A stretch of 64,000 bases of DNA. Origin: Longimicrobiales bacterium (GTDB taxonomy: Bacteria; Gemmatimonadota; Gemmatimonadetes; Longimicrobiales; Gaopeijiaceae). The notes under the pieces are model-generated. The model saw only the letters and a program-made list of their open reading frames with translations. It was not told the origin of the DNA and made no database searches. The stretch covers positions 928,001-992,000 of the forward strand of contig CBDAON010000004.1 in the NCBI GenBank assembly GCA_965198065.1, given 5' to 3'. Positions within the stretch are counted from its first letter, which is position 1; each line of letters starts with the position of its first letter. The position numbers and the translations under genes are program-made. Below, piece by piece: positions 18,819 through 28,823 of this stretch.

Positions 18819-20915
18819 CTATCCGACTGCGGCGGGCGTCCCGCTCGCCGGGTCACGCTCCGGGCCGCTCCAGGTAGCCTCGTCCGTGTCCCGGACCTGT
18901 CTCGCAGCCGGTCCGGTGCGCCGAGTCGGGATGCCCGCCCCGGGCCAGAGACCGATCAGGGCTCCCACCACTACGATCAGGCCCCCGTACCAGATCCAGG
19001 GCACGAGCGGGTTCACCATCGCCACGAACGTGGCCCGCTGGAGGTCCGGCCGGTTCCCGATCACCCCGACTGCGTCTTGATCGAGCACGAGCAGGAGGTA
19101 GAGATCCTCGACCAGGGTGGATCGGATCCCCACTGTCGTCATGGGCTGGGGCGGAGCGAGGACGAACTCCCTGGCGGTGGTGATCGTTCCGACGTTTTCA
19201 CCGTCCAAGCGGATAGTAAAGAGCGCGGTCACCACCGCCAGCGTGTTCCGCGGCCGGTCCGTCGACAGCCCCTCGTACTGGAGCTCGTACGTGTGCCCGA
19301 AGGGGGACGGGACCGACATCGTCTCGCCGGGTGAGAGGTTCTGGCGCACCTCCACGTTATAGGCTTTTCCGGCAAAGCCCATGAAGACGATTACCACACC
19401 GACGTGCACGATGTAGCCGCCCCACCGCTGGCGGTTCCGGCGGACAAGGTGAACGAGGGCGACCGCCGGATTCTCTTCCTCGATCCGCGCGCGGGCCCGG
19501 GTCCCCTTCCAAAACTCGATCACGATGACCGTCACGACGAAGGCGCCGAGCGCGAACGTGAGTAACGCGTACGTGTGGCGAACTCCCATCCCGAACAGCG
19601 CCGCCCCCACCCCCACCGCGACCGCGACCGGAACGAGGAAGTTTCGCCTGAGGTTCCGGGGAGAGGCCTTTCGCCACGCGATCACGGGCCCGATCCCCAT
19701 GAGGGCGAGGAGCGCGAGGCCGATCGGAATGTTCACGCGATTGAAAAACGGGGGCCCCACGGCCACCTTCGAGCCCGTCAGCCCTTCGGTGAGCAGCGGG
19801 AACATGGTGCCCCACGTGACCGCGAACGCGATTCCGAGGAGGACCAGGTTGTTCAGGAGGAACGCCGTCTCGCGCGACAGGAACGACTCGAACTGCCGCT
19901 CGCTCTGGAGGAGCGGAAGTCGCCAGACGATGAGGACGGTCGAGACCGCGGCGACCGCTCCCAGGCACCCGAGGAAGATCCACGCGATCACGAGATTCTC
20001 GGCGAAGGAGTGCACGGACTCGATCAGCCCGGAGCGCGTCAGGAACGTCGCGAAGATCGTCATGAGGAACGTGAGGACCACGAGCCCCATGTTCCAGATC
20101 TTCAGCATCCCCCGGTTCTCTTGGATCATCACGGAGTGGAGGAACGCGGTCGCCACGAGCCAGGGGAGGAGCGAGGCGTTCTCCACGGGGTCCCAGAACC
20201 AGAACCCACCCCACCCGAGCTCCTCGTAGGCCCACCGCATCCCCAACACGACTCCGACGGTGAGGAAGAGCCAGCTCGAGAGCGTCCACTTCCTCGTCAC
20301 CTGGATCCACCTCCCGTCCAGGCGCCCGGTCATGAGCGACGCGATCGCGAACGCGAAGGGGATCGTGAAGGAGGTGAACCCCAGGTAAAGCATCGGGGGG
20401 TGCATCGTCATCCAGTAGCTCTGGAGCTGCGGGTTCAACCCACGACCGTCGGCGGGAGTGAAGGCGAGGAGCTCGAACGGCGGGGTGACGAAGATCGAGA
20501 TCGCGATGAAGAAGGAGAGGAACGCGAGGAGCACCCCGTTCACGTACGGCATCAGGTCGCGGTGGCGATCCCGGTTGAACCAGACCGCGACGGAGGAGAA
20601 GAGGGCCAGGTTCAGCCCCCAGAACACGAGCGAGCCGCGCTGACCCGCCCAGAGGCCGGCCACCTTGAAGAAGGTGAGCAGCTCCCGGCTCGAGTAGTTG
20701 TAGACGTACCAGTACTCGTACCGGTCCTGCAGGAAGGCCGTGATGATACCGGCGGAGGCGACCGCGAGGAGGAAGAGGACCCCGTAGGTGCTACGCTCGG
20801 CCGAAAGGACGAGGTCTCCACGCGACCACTTCCCCCCGAGGAACGCCAGCACACATCCCCAGAGAGCGATGGGCAGGGCGATCCAGAGCGCGAACTCGCC
20901 CAGCGCGGGGATCAC
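18819..20915 (-). CDS. ccmF: Heme lyase CcmF
   Basis: WAGQRGSL, GLNPQLQ..HPPMLY, WAYEELGWGGFWFWDPVENASLLPWL, LTRSGLIESVHSFA. Confidence 0.97.
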   Translation of the reverse strand: MIPALGEFALWIALPIALWGCVLAFLGGKWSRGDLVLSAERSTYGVLFLLAVASAGIITAFLQDRYEYWYVYNYSSRELLTFFKVAGLWAGQRGSLVFWGLNLALFSSVAVWFNRDRHRDLMPYVNGVLLAFLSFFIAISIFVTPPFELLAFTPADGRGLNPQLQSYWMTMHPPMLYLGFTSFTIPFAFAIASLMTGRLDGRWIQVTRKWTLSSWLFLTVGVVLGMRWAYEELGWGGFWFWDPVENASLLPWLVATAFLHSVMIQENRGMLKIWNMGLVVLTFLMTIFATFLTRSGLIESVHSFAENLVIAWIFLGCLGAVAAVSTVLIVWRLPLLQSERQFESFLSRETAFLLNNLVLLGIAFAVTWGTMFPLLTEGLTGSKVAVGPPFFNRVNIPIGLALLALMGIGPVIAWRKASPRNLRRNFLVPVAVAVGVGAALFGMGVRHTYALLTFALGAFVVTVIVIEFWKGTRARARIEEENPAVALVHLVRRNRQRWGGYIVHVGVVIVFMGFAGKAYNVEVRQNLSPGETMSVPSPFGHTYELQYEGLSTDRPRNTLAVVTALFTIRLDGENVGTITTAREFVLAPPQPMTTVGIRSTLVEDLYLLLVLDQDAVGVIGNRPDLQRATFVAMVNPLVPWIWYGGLIVVVGALIGLWPGAGIPTRRTGPAARQVRDTDEATWSGPERDPASGTPAAVG

Positions 20916-21370
20916 TCGATCGACTCTCCGACCCGAGCGGCGAGCTCAGGCTCGGGCATCGCCTCGTAACGGCTCCCGCACTTCGTGAGGACTTCCGTGG
21001 CCTCGAAGACATGATCAGCGCGGAGCGTGCCCTCCATCACGACCTCGACTTCCATGGAGGGGTCGTCCGTAAACGTGTCCGGAAGGGGGTGCCGGAACTC
21101 CACGTCGAAGCTGACCGACGGGTCCTCCGGGTCTTCCACTACGAAGCGGTGGAGGAGCTCGCTGCTAGAGTGCCGGTAGCTCTCCGGGACCAGCTTCCCG
21201 CTCACCCGCCACGACCGCGCCATGGACTCCGGGCTCTCGTCGATGCGGGCCAGGAGCTCAGAGGGGGTCACGAAATAGAGCATGGTCTCGGAGACCCCCG
21301 TCCACACGAGGTAGCCGACGACCGCCGCGACGGCGGTGAGCCCCACGAAGAACCGTGGATCCTTGCGCAT
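20912..21370 (-). CDS. ccmE: Cytochrome c maturation heme chaperone CcmE, CxxxY variant
   Basis: N-terminal TM, YFVTPSEL, LPDTF, VVMEG, VLTKCGSRY in place of LAKHDENY. Confidence 0.9.
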   Translation of the reverse strand: MRKDPRFFVGLTAVAAVVGYLVWTGVSETMLYFVTPSELLARIDESPESMARSWRVSGKLVPESYRHSSSELLHRFVVEDPEDPSVSFDVEFRHPLPDTFTDDPSMEVEVVMEGTLRADHVFEATEVLTKCGSRYEAMPEPELAARVGESIE

Positions 21371-21419
21371 GGAAGGCTCCGAGGATGTGGTCGAAAGTGT
21401 CTCGCGAACCGCTCCGTGA

Positions 21420-21448
21420 ATCTTACCCGGCGAGACCCCTCATTTCAA
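21420..21448 (-). promoter_or_regulatory. Sigma70-like promoter of the ccm cluster
   Basis: TTGAAA-N17-TAAGAT, ~50 nt upstream of the ccmE ATG. Confidence 0.6.
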
Positions 21449-21501
21449 GCCAAACCCAGGCTCTCCCGAACCCGCTCTCGGGCTCAGCCAGCAGTCGGGA
21501 G

Positions 21502-22995
21502 CTACCGGAAGCTCCGTGCCGCCTGGACGGCGTGCGCCCAGCGGTCCCGGAGGGCCTCACGCTCGTTCTTCCCCATAGAGGACGGAAAGGTCCGCGCCTC
21601 GCCCTGGGATTGGAGGAAGTCGTCCGGAGTCTTCCACAGGCCTACCCCCAGGCCCGCGAGCCCCGCCGCGCCCAGGGCGGTCGTCTGGACCTCGGCCGGG
21701 CGACGGACGGGGATGCCGAGAACCCCCGCCTGGAACGCCATGAGCCAGTCGCTCGCCGAGGCCCCGCCGTCCACCTGGAGCTCCAGGGTCTGGATCCCGG
21801 AGTCGGCCTCCATCGCCTCGAGCACTTCGGCCGTCGAGAAGGCCATAGCCTCGAGCGCCGCACGCACGAGGTGCGCCCGCGTCGTGCCGCGAGTGAGCCC
21901 GAGAATCGTGCCCCTCGTTTCCGGGTCCCAGTGCGGGGCTCCGAGGCCCACGAACGCCGGGACGAAGTACACGCCGTCGTTGCCCTCGAGGGAGGCCGCC
22001 ATCGCCTCCGACTCGGCGGCCGACGCCAGGAGCCCGAGCCCGTCTCGGAGCCACTGGATCGCCGCCCCCGCGACGAATATCGAGCCCTCGAGGGCGAAGG
22101 TCCGCTCGCCCCGCGGGCCGCACGCCACTGTCGTGAGCAGGCCATGCTTCGAGTGTACGATCTCCCCGCCAGTGTGGTGGAGAAGGAAGGCGCCCGTTCC
22201 GTACGTGTTCTTGGCCATGCCGGGAGCCCAGCACCCCTGCCCGAAGAGCGCGGCCTGCTGATCCCCCGCCACGCCCGCGACGGGCGCCTCGATCCCCAGC
22301 GCGTCCCCGGAGCAGATGCCGAAGTCGCCCGAGCTCGACCGAATCTCGGGAAGGAGCGCACGCGGCACCCCGAACGTGTCGAGGAGCCCGTCCTCCCAGG
22401 TGCCGCTCTCCAGCCCGTAGAGGAGTGTGCGCGACGCGTTCGTCGGGTCGGTCGCGTGGGTGCGTCCGCCCGTGAGCGCCTGGATGAGCCAGCTGTCGAT
22501 CGTGCCGCAGGCCAGCTCCCCCGTCTCCGCCCGGCTCCGGAGCCCGGGCACCTCCTCGAGGAGCCACGTGAGCTTCGTCCCGGAGAAGTAGGGGTCGAGG
22601 ACGAGCCCGGTGGCCGCCCGAATCTCGTCCTCCCTTCCCTCCTCCCTGAGCCTCCGGCAGAGCGGGGCCGTCCGCCGGTCCTGCCAGACGATCGCCCGGT
22701 GGACCGGCTGGCCGGTCGCCCGGTCCCAGACGACGACGGTCTCCCGTTGGTTCGTGATCCCAATGCCCTCGATCGTCACCGGCTCCCGACCGGCCGCCTC
22801 TCCGATCGCCTTCCGGGCGACGGAGAGTGTGACGTCCCGGATCTCGTCCGCGTCGTGCTCGACCCACGCCGGCTTCGGGAAGTGCTGGGTGAACTCCGAG
22901 TATCCAGTCCCGAGGATCCGCCCGTCCCTCGCGATGACGAGGGCGGTGCTCCCGGTCGTTCCCTGGTCGAGGGACAGGACGGCGGCGATCGGCAT
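21502..22995 (-). CDS. glpK: Glycerol kinase
   Basis: LDQGTTGS, GITNQRET, IVWQDRRT, DPYFSGTK, TNASRT, GDQQAALFGQ, KNTYGTG, PAFVGLGAPHW. Confidence 0.97.
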   Translation of the reverse strand: MPIAAVLSLDQGTTGSTALVIARDGRILGTGYSEFTQHFPKPAWVEHDADEIRDVTLSVARKAIGEAAGREPVTIEGIGITNQRETVVVWDRATGQPVHRAIVWQDRRTAPLCRRLREEGREDEIRAATGLVLDPYFSGTKLTWLLEEVPGLRSRAETGELACGTIDSWLIQALTGGRTHATDPTNASRTLLYGLESGTWEDGLLDTFGVPRALLPEIRSSSGDFGICSGDALGIEAPVAGVAGDQQAALFGQGCWAPGMAKNTYGTGAFLLHHTGGEIVHSKHGLLTTVACGPRGERTFALEGSIFVAGAAIQWLRDGLGLLASAAESEAMAASLEGNDGVYFVPAFVGLGAPHWDPETRGTILGLTRGTTRAHLVRAALEAMAFSTAEVLEAMEADSGIQTLELQVDGGASASDWLMAFQAGVLGIPVRRPAEVQTTALGAAGLAGLGVGLWKTPDDFLQSQGEARTFPSSMGKNEREALRDRWAHAVQAARSFR

Positions 22996-22998
22996 GGG

Positions 22999-23183
22999 CT
23001 AGCCCCTCCGCGCCGGACCGTCTCTGCCCGCCCGGCCCCAGCGAGCCAGGAGCCGCGAGACGAACGCCGGCACGCGGTCGGGTCCAGCGACACGTAATCG
23101 TGGATGAGAATGTTCCGAAAGCCGGGCGGACGGCCCAGCCCGACGACGAGATCGTCCGGGAACCCCGCGCGGAGAGCGACGTG
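22999..23183 (-). pseudogene. Degenerate HEPN / DUF86 (HepT-like) RNase toxin fragment
   Basis: Hand translation ..AGFPDDLVVGLGRPPGFRNILIHDYVSLD.. with the R-x4-H-x-Y motif at 23094-23117. No start codon before the in-frame stop at 23232-34. The C-terminus appears to continue in another frame (PDRVPAFVSRLLAR). Confidence 0.6.
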
Positions 23184-23418
23184 GGGGATCAGGAATGGTC
23201 CACTCTTCCAGAGCTCTCGGCCACATGACCGTCAGGCGCGCCGCGGTCTCGAGGTACCGCTGCAAAGCCGTGGAGTACTCCCGAAATCGTTCCACAGCCC
23301 AGCGAGGCATCCCCACTCCCCGGCGCCAAAGGACGACGCGTGTAATGCGGCTAGATCGCCGACAGCTCGGAGCATGTTTCCTGGAATGCTGAAGAGAATA
23401 TATTCCGCCGCCTCGCAG

Positions 23419-24051
23419 TTACCTCCCCCCGAATCGATACGGACACCCCGCTTCTTCCAGGAGCCGGACGAGTAAGGGCACGGGAAGCCCGACGACCGCC
23501 GTGTAATCTCCCTCGATCCGGCTGACCAGAGCCGCGCCCTTCCCCTGGATGCCGTACGCACCGGCCTTGTCCATGGGCTCGCCCGTCCGAACGTACGCCT
23601 CCGCTAACGCACGACCGAAGGGTCGAAACGAGACGGCCGTCGTTTCGACCCCGCTCCGGATGCGCCCGGCGGGATCGGGGCTGGCCCCAGGCACAGGGGA
23701 CGCCGGCTCCAGGTCTCCAGCGGGAGGAGCGAGGGCCAGCGCCGACACGACCCGGTGGACCTTCCCCTGGAGGCGGAGGAGCATCCGGACCGCGTCCTCC
23801 GCGTCCACTGGCTTCCCCAAGACGGCTTCGCCGTCCGCCACAACGGTGTCTCCGGCCAGCACCCAACGGCCGGGAAAGCGCTCGCTCCCGACCGCGGCCT
23901 TCCGGCGCGCCAGCCGCTCGGTGTGCGTCTCGGGCCGCTCGGCCGGGACCGGATCCTCCGGGACGCCGGCGGGATGAACTTCGACGTCGAACCCGAGGCC
24001 CCGGAGGATCTCGGCCCGGCGCGGGGACCCCGAAGCGAGAACGAGCTTCAC
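23419..24051 (-). CDS. maf: Maf-family nucleoside triphosphate pyrophosphatase
   Basis: [45 protein letters not shown]. Confidence 0.95.
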   Translation of the reverse strand: MKLVLASGSPRRAEILRGLGFDVEVHPAGVPEDPVPAERPETHTERLARRKAAVGSERFPGRWVLAGDTVVADGEAVLGKPVDAEDAVRMLLRLQGKVHRVVSALALAPPAGDLEPASPVPGASPDPAGRIRSGVETTAVSFRPFGRALAEAYVRTGEPMDKAGAYGIQGKGAALVSRIEGDYTAVVGLPVPLLVRLLEEAGCPYRFGGR

Positions 24052-24569
24052 GGAAACGACTCGCGGAGGGGAGCCTCTCCACCCCCTGCCCCAGAGACGC
24101 CGCCGCGCCCGGCGCCAGGCAACGGTGCCTCCTTCTCGAGCATGAGCGTCACCGGCCCCTCGTTCACCAGGCGGATGTCCATCATCGCCCTGAACTCACC
24201 CGTCTCGACCAGGCCTGGGGCGCGCTCGCGGAGGAGGGACACGAAGCGCTCGTAGAGGCGAACCGCCCGATCCGGGTGAGCGGCCTTCACGAACGACGGC
24301 CGCCTTCCCTTTCGCGAGTCCCCGTAGAGAGTGAACTGGCTCACGACCAGGATCGCGCCGTTCACCTCCGCGAGGGAAAAGTTCATCTTCCCGTCCGCGT
24401 CCCCGAAGACCCGGAGGCCCACGACCTTCTCGGCCATCCAGGCAAGCTCGCCCTCGGTGTCGGCGTCGGTGAACCCCGCGAGGAGGAGGAGCCCCGGCCC
24501 GATCTCGCCGAGGACCCGACCCTCGACGGCAACCGACGCCTCGCTCACCCTCTGGAGCACGACCCTCAC
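24048..24569 (-). CDS. dtd: D-aminoacyl-tRNA deacylase
   Basis: [30 protein letters not shown]. Confidence 0.97.
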   Translation of the reverse strand: MRVVLQRVSEASVAVEGRVLGEIGPGLLLLAGFTDADTEGELAWMAEKVVGLRVFGDADGKMNFSLAEVNGAILVVSQFTLYGDSRKGRRPSFVKAAHPDRAVRLYERFVSLLRERAPGLVETGEFRAMMDIRLVNEGPVTLMLEKEAPLPGAGRGGVSGAGGGEAPLRESFP

Positions 24570-24630
24570 GGGGCCGGCCCTCCCGAACCTGGCCGTCGGA
24601 TGAGCGCCACGGATGGCTGGGGCTGGGCTG

Positions 24631-26469
24631 TCACTCCACCGTCACGGACTTGGCGAGGTTTCGGGGCTGATCCACGTCGCAGCCGCGGAGCACAGCGATG
24701 TGGTACGCCAGGAGCTGGAGCGGAATCACGGTCAGAATCGGGAGAAGCGCCGGATGGGTCTCCGGAACCGTCAGGAAGTGGTCCGCCTTCCCTTCGAGCT
24801 CCTCGGCGCCGTTGCTCACAACCGCGATCACCCGTCCGGAGCGCGCCTTCACCTCCTCGATATTCGAGACGACCTTGTGGTAGACCGTGTCCTGGGGAGC
24901 CAGAACCACGACGGGCATCTTGTCGTCGATCAGCGCGATCGGCCCGTGCTTCATCTCGGCCGCGGGGTACCCCTCGGCGTGGATGTAGCTCACCTCCTTC
25001 AGCTTCAGAGCTCCTTCCAACGCGACCGGGAACTGGAATCCCCTCCCCAGATAGAGGAAGTTCGGCTCGTCCTGGTACTGCTCCGCGAGCTCCCGGATCC
25101 GGTCGGTGTCGGCCAGGATCCGCTTGACCTGATCCGGGAGCTCCTTCATCGCCTTCACGAGCTTCCGCCCCTCAAGCAGGGAGAGGTTCTTCCGGCGGCC
25201 GAGGTAGAGGCTGAAGAGGGCGAGGGCGCCCACCTGACTCGTGAACGCCTTGGTCGAGGCGACGCCGATCTCCGGGCCCGCGTGGAGGTAGACCCCGAAG
25301 TCCGTCTCCCGCGCAATCGTGGAGCCCACGACGTTCACGATTCCCATGACACGGGCTCCCCGCCGCTTCGCCTCCCGAAGTGCGGCGAGCGTGTCGGCCG
25401 TCTCGCCCGACTGACTCACGACGATGACGAGCGTGTTCCGGTCCACGACGGGATTCTTGTAACGGAACTCGGACGCGTACTCGACCTTAGTGGGAATCCG
25501 CGCCATCTCCTCGAGCATGTACTCGCCAATGAGCGCCGAATGCCAGGATGTGCCGCACGCGGTAATCACGATCCGCTCGACCCCGAGGAGGTCCCGGTCC
25601 TCGATCGTGACGCCCCCGAGGCGGGCGGAACCCTCGTCCTCCAGGATCCGGCCCCTCATCACGTCCTGGAGGGTCTGCGGCTGCTCGCAGATCTCCTTCA
25701 GCATGAAGTGCTCGAAGCCGCCCTTCTCGATCGCAGCCAGGTCCCAGGTCACCTCGTGCACTTGGCGCTGCACTGGGCCCAGCCGGAGATGGAAGGTCCG
25801 ATAGCCCTCCGGCGTGATCACCGCATAGTCGCCGTCGTCCAGGTAGACGACGTTCCGGGTGTGGGCGATTACCGCCGCCGCGTCAGAGCCGACGAGCATC
25901 TCCCCGTCCCTTCCGACGCCGAGGAGGAGGGGCGAGCCGTGCCGCGCCACGACGATCTTGTCCAGATCCCGGGAGCTCACGACCGCGATGCCGTAGGCGC
26001 CGATCACTCGCTCTAGGGCAAGTACCACCGCGTCTTCGAGACGACCCCCCTCAGGCCAGAGCTGCTCGATCAGATGTACGACTACCTCAGTGTCTGTCTC
26101 GCCCTGGAGCTCGACGCCCGCCGCCTGGAGGCCGGCCCTGAGCGTCGCCGCGTTCTCGATGATTCCGTTGTGGACGAGCGCGATCGACCCGTCTCGGGAC
26201 GTGTGCGGGTGGGCGTTCTCGTAGTTGGGCGAGCCGTGGGTGGCCCACCGCGTGTGGCCGATCCCGCACGTGCCGGCCAGAGGATGCTTCTGGAGGAGGT
26301 GCTCGAGCTGAGTCAGCTTACCGGGAGCCTTGACCGTGCGGAAGACGCCACCGCGATCGAGAACGGTCAACCCGGCGGAATCGTACCCCCGATACTCGAG
26401 CCGGCGAAGCGCGTCGAGGAGAATCGGCACGGCCGGCCTCGGTCCGACATAGCCCACGATTCCACACAT
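24631..26469 (-). CDS. glmS: Glutamine--fructose-6-phosphate transaminase (isomerizing)
   Basis: [57 protein letters not shown]. Confidence 0.99.
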   Translation of the reverse strand: MCGIVGYVGPRPAVPILLDALRRLEYRGYDSAGLTVLDRGGVFRTVKAPGKLTQLEHLLQKHPLAGTCGIGHTRWATHGSPNYENAHPHTSRDGSIALVHNGIIENAATLRAGLQAAGVELQGETDTEVVVHLIEQLWPEGGRLEDAVVLALERVIGAYGIAVVSSRDLDKIVVARHGSPLLLGVGRDGEMLVGSDAAAVIAHTRNVVYLDDGDYAVITPEGYRTFHLRLGPVQRQVHEVTWDLAAIEKGGFEHFMLKEICEQPQTLQDVMRGRILEDEGSARLGGVTIEDRDLLGVERIVITACGTSWHSALIGEYMLEEMARIPTKVEYASEFRYKNPVVDRNTLVIVVSQSGETADTLAALREAKRRGARVMGIVNVVGSTIARETDFGVYLHAGPEIGVASTKAFTSQVGALALFSLYLGRRKNLSLLEGRKLVKAMKELPDQVKRILADTDRIRELAEQYQDEPNFLYLGRGFQFPVALEGALKLKEVSYIHAEGYPAAEMKHGPIALIDDKMPVVVLAPQDTVYHKVVSNIEEVKARSGRVIAVVSNGAEELEGKADHFLTVPETHPALLPILTVIPLQLLAYHIAVLRGCDVDQPRNLAKSVTVE

Positions 26470-26507
26470 ATCCCGGTTCCTCCGCTACGCTCGCCCGCGC
26501 TCGTCCC

Positions 26508-27896
26508 TCAACTGCCCACCGAGCCGGCGAGGACCTCGAGCGCGCGTCCCACGAGGCGCTCGGCCGCTGCCTCGCTCGGGGCCTCGGCGATGACGCGCAC
26601 GACGGGCTCGGTTCCCGACGCGCGTACGTGGAGCCACTCCTTTCGGTCCGACCATGCCAGCCGGAGCCCATCCGAAGCGTCGCTCTCTCCCGCGACGAGC
26701 TCCGCAGCGAGGGCCGCGAGCGCGGCGGCGACCCGGTCCCGCGGAAAGTTGACCTTCCGCTTCACGATCCGGTAGCTCGGCCAGCGCTCCCGGGCCCCGC
26801 GGAGGGTGGAACCGACGTCCAGAAGATGCTGAAGGACGAGCGCCGCGCCTACAGGCGCGTCGCGCGTGTAGTGCAACTCCGGGAGGATCACGCCTCCGTT
26901 TCCCTCCCCACCGACCACCGCTCGCTCCTGCTCCATCCGCCGGGCCACGTTGATCTCGCCCACCGGCGCGCGGTGGCACGCGACCCCGAATTCGGCCGCG
27001 ACATCCTCGACCACGCAGGACGTGGAGAGGTTGGTGACGACTGGCCCGGGCCGGCGCCGGAGCACCGCCGCTGCCGAGAGCGCGAGCGTCAGATCCTCGC
27101 CGAGGGGGGCCCCCGCTCCGTCCACTAGAGCGAGGCGGTCTACGTCCGGGTCCACGGCAAGCCCGAGATCGGCGCCCGTCGTGCGCACCAGCTCGCCCAG
27201 GTCTCCCAGGTTCCGGGCCGTGGGCTCGGGATCCCGGGGAAAGCGCCCGTCAGTTTCGAGCCCGATCCCGCTCACCCGGCAGCCGAGCGACTCGAGGAGC
27301 CGGGGCAGGATCCGCCCCCCCGCCCCGTGCACGCAGTCGACGGCGACGTGGAAGCCCCGCGCGCGGAGTCGGTCGGTCTCGAGGAGAGGCAGCGCGAGGA
27401 TCCGTTCGATGTGGCGGGAGATCGCGTCGGGATCGTCCCGGACCTCCCCCAGGCGATCCCACGATGCTCTCGCGGGGTCGCGGCGGAGCGAGGCCTGAAA
27501 GCGGCCCATGCTGTCCGGGTCGAGGAAGAGACCATCCGGTCCCGCGAGCTTGAGGGCGTTCCACTCCGCGGGGTTATGGCTCGCCGTCACCCCAACCGCC
27601 CCGGCCGCCTGTCCCTCTCGCGCGGCGAGGAGCAGTGTGGGCGTCGGGACGATCCCGAGGTCCACCACGTTCCGACCCACCGACACGAGCCCCCCTCTCG
27701 CCGCGTCGGCGAGCATGGGGCCGGACGTGCGCGAATCCCGTCCGAGATAGATCGGGCCCTCGGCCCGCTCCTCGTCGAGGAACGCGCCGAACCTCGCTGC
27801 CAGCGCCGTCACGAGGTCGGGCGTGAGGGAGAGCCCGACGCGCCCCCGGAACCCGGAGACGCTCACCATTAGGTCGTCCGGGAGCGAGAGCGTCAC
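26508..27896 (-). CDS. glmM: Phosphoglucosamine mutase (alpha-D-phosphohexomutase family)
   Basis: GRDSRTSG, TASHNP, DPDVDR, GGEGNGG, RASGTEP, adjacent to glmS. Confidence 0.85.
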   Translation of the reverse strand: MTLSLPDDLMVSVSGFRGRVGLSLTPDLVTALAARFGAFLDEERAEGPIYLGRDSRTSGPMLADAARGGLVSVGRNVVDLGIVPTPTLLLAAREGQAAGAVGVTASHNPAEWNALKLAGPDGLFLDPDSMGRFQASLRRDPARASWDRLGEVRDDPDAISRHIERILALPLLETDRLRARGFHVAVDCVHGAGGRILPRLLESLGCRVSGIGLETDGRFPRDPEPTARNLGDLGELVRTTGADLGLAVDPDVDRLALVDGAGAPLGEDLTLALSAAAVLRRRPGPVVTNLSTSCVVEDVAAEFGVACHRAPVGEINVARRMEQERAVVGGEGNGGVILPELHYTRDAPVGAALVLQHLLDVGSTLRGARERWPSYRIVKRKVNFPRDRVAAALAALAAELVAGESDASDGLRLAWSDRKEWLHVRASGTEPVVRVIAEAPSEAAAERLVGRALEVLAGSVGS

Positions 27897-27900
27897 GACC

Positions 27901-28581
27901 CTACCCGATGCCGAGCTTCAAGCCGATGCTCACGATCGGCCAGTAGTTCAGGTACGTGCCGACCTCTTCCTCGACGTTCGTTTCTTCTTGTCGTAGACGA
28001 GCCTGGAACGTGGTGTCGTCGATCACGGCCGAGTTTCCCTCGGTCGCCTCGAGCAGCACCTCCGGCTCGCCCAGGAACGCGACGCCCAGGTCCAGGAAGA
28101 GGCCGAAGCCCGTGTTCGTGTGCCGGCCGAACCCGATGAGCAGGTACGGGGCCGAGTCGGCCGAGTCTAGCGTGCCCACGACCTGGGCTACGTCGCTCCC
28201 CGTGTAGGTCCCGTCCCCGATGTCGATCGTCGCTTGTGGGGTGAGCGACGCCGTCACGGTCGGATCGTCGGGCTTGAAGAGCATCCCCCCTCCGATCCGG
28301 AAACCCCCGCCCAGGTACAGGTCGCCACCGATGTTGTACCACGTCTTCGGGAGCTCCAGGTCGGCCGTGATGTCGTCCGCGTCGAGCAGGCTCGAGCCGT
28401 CGATCTCGAGCGGCATGACGCCGATGCCGCCTCGCGCCACGAGGTTCCCGAACAGCCCGATGGCGCCCTCGGCGCCGATCCCGAGGGTGCCGACCCGGCC
28501 CGCCACCCCGATCTGCGCGGAAGCGACGGCCGGCGCGATGGCGAGCGCGGCCGCGGTGAGGACGATAAGTCTTCTTGTCAT
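27901..28581 (-). CDS. Secreted outer-membrane beta-barrel-like protein
   Basis: Signal peptide MTRRLIVLTAAALAIAPAVASAQ, GTLGIGAE, APYLLIGFG, WPIVSIGLKLG amphipathic strands. Confidence 0.7.
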   Translation of the reverse strand: MTRRLIVLTAAALAIAPAVASAQIGVAGRVGTLGIGAEGAIGLFGNLVARGGIGVMPLEIDGSSLLDADDITADLELPKTWYNIGGDLYLGGGFRIGGGMLFKPDDPTVTASLTPQATIDIGDGTYTGSDVAQVVGTLDSADSAPYLLIGFGRHTNTGFGLFLDLGVAFLGEPEVLLEATEGNSAVIDDTTFQARLRQEETNVEEEVGTYLNYWPIVSIGLKLGIG

Positions 28582-28823
28582 GAGGTCTCCGATGAGGTTG
28601 ACCGGGACGTGGGGGACGGGAGAGACGCCGGCGGTCGCAACCGTCGTCCGGCGCCCGAGCAGTATACAGAGGGACCCCGCCCCGGGAAACGGCGGAGCCC
28701 ACCCCCCTGTGTGTGGCCCGTCCTGGCAGACGGCGGACCGCGCCACGCCAAGCGGGGCAGGCGTAGCGAAAGGCGCCGCGATCCCGTAGCGCGGGCCCCA
28801 GGGGCATCGGTAGCTTCACCGCC

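Noticed and set aside
26470..26507. glmS ribozyme upstream of glmS
   Set aside because: Only 38 nt separate glmM and glmS, too short and lacking the conserved core.
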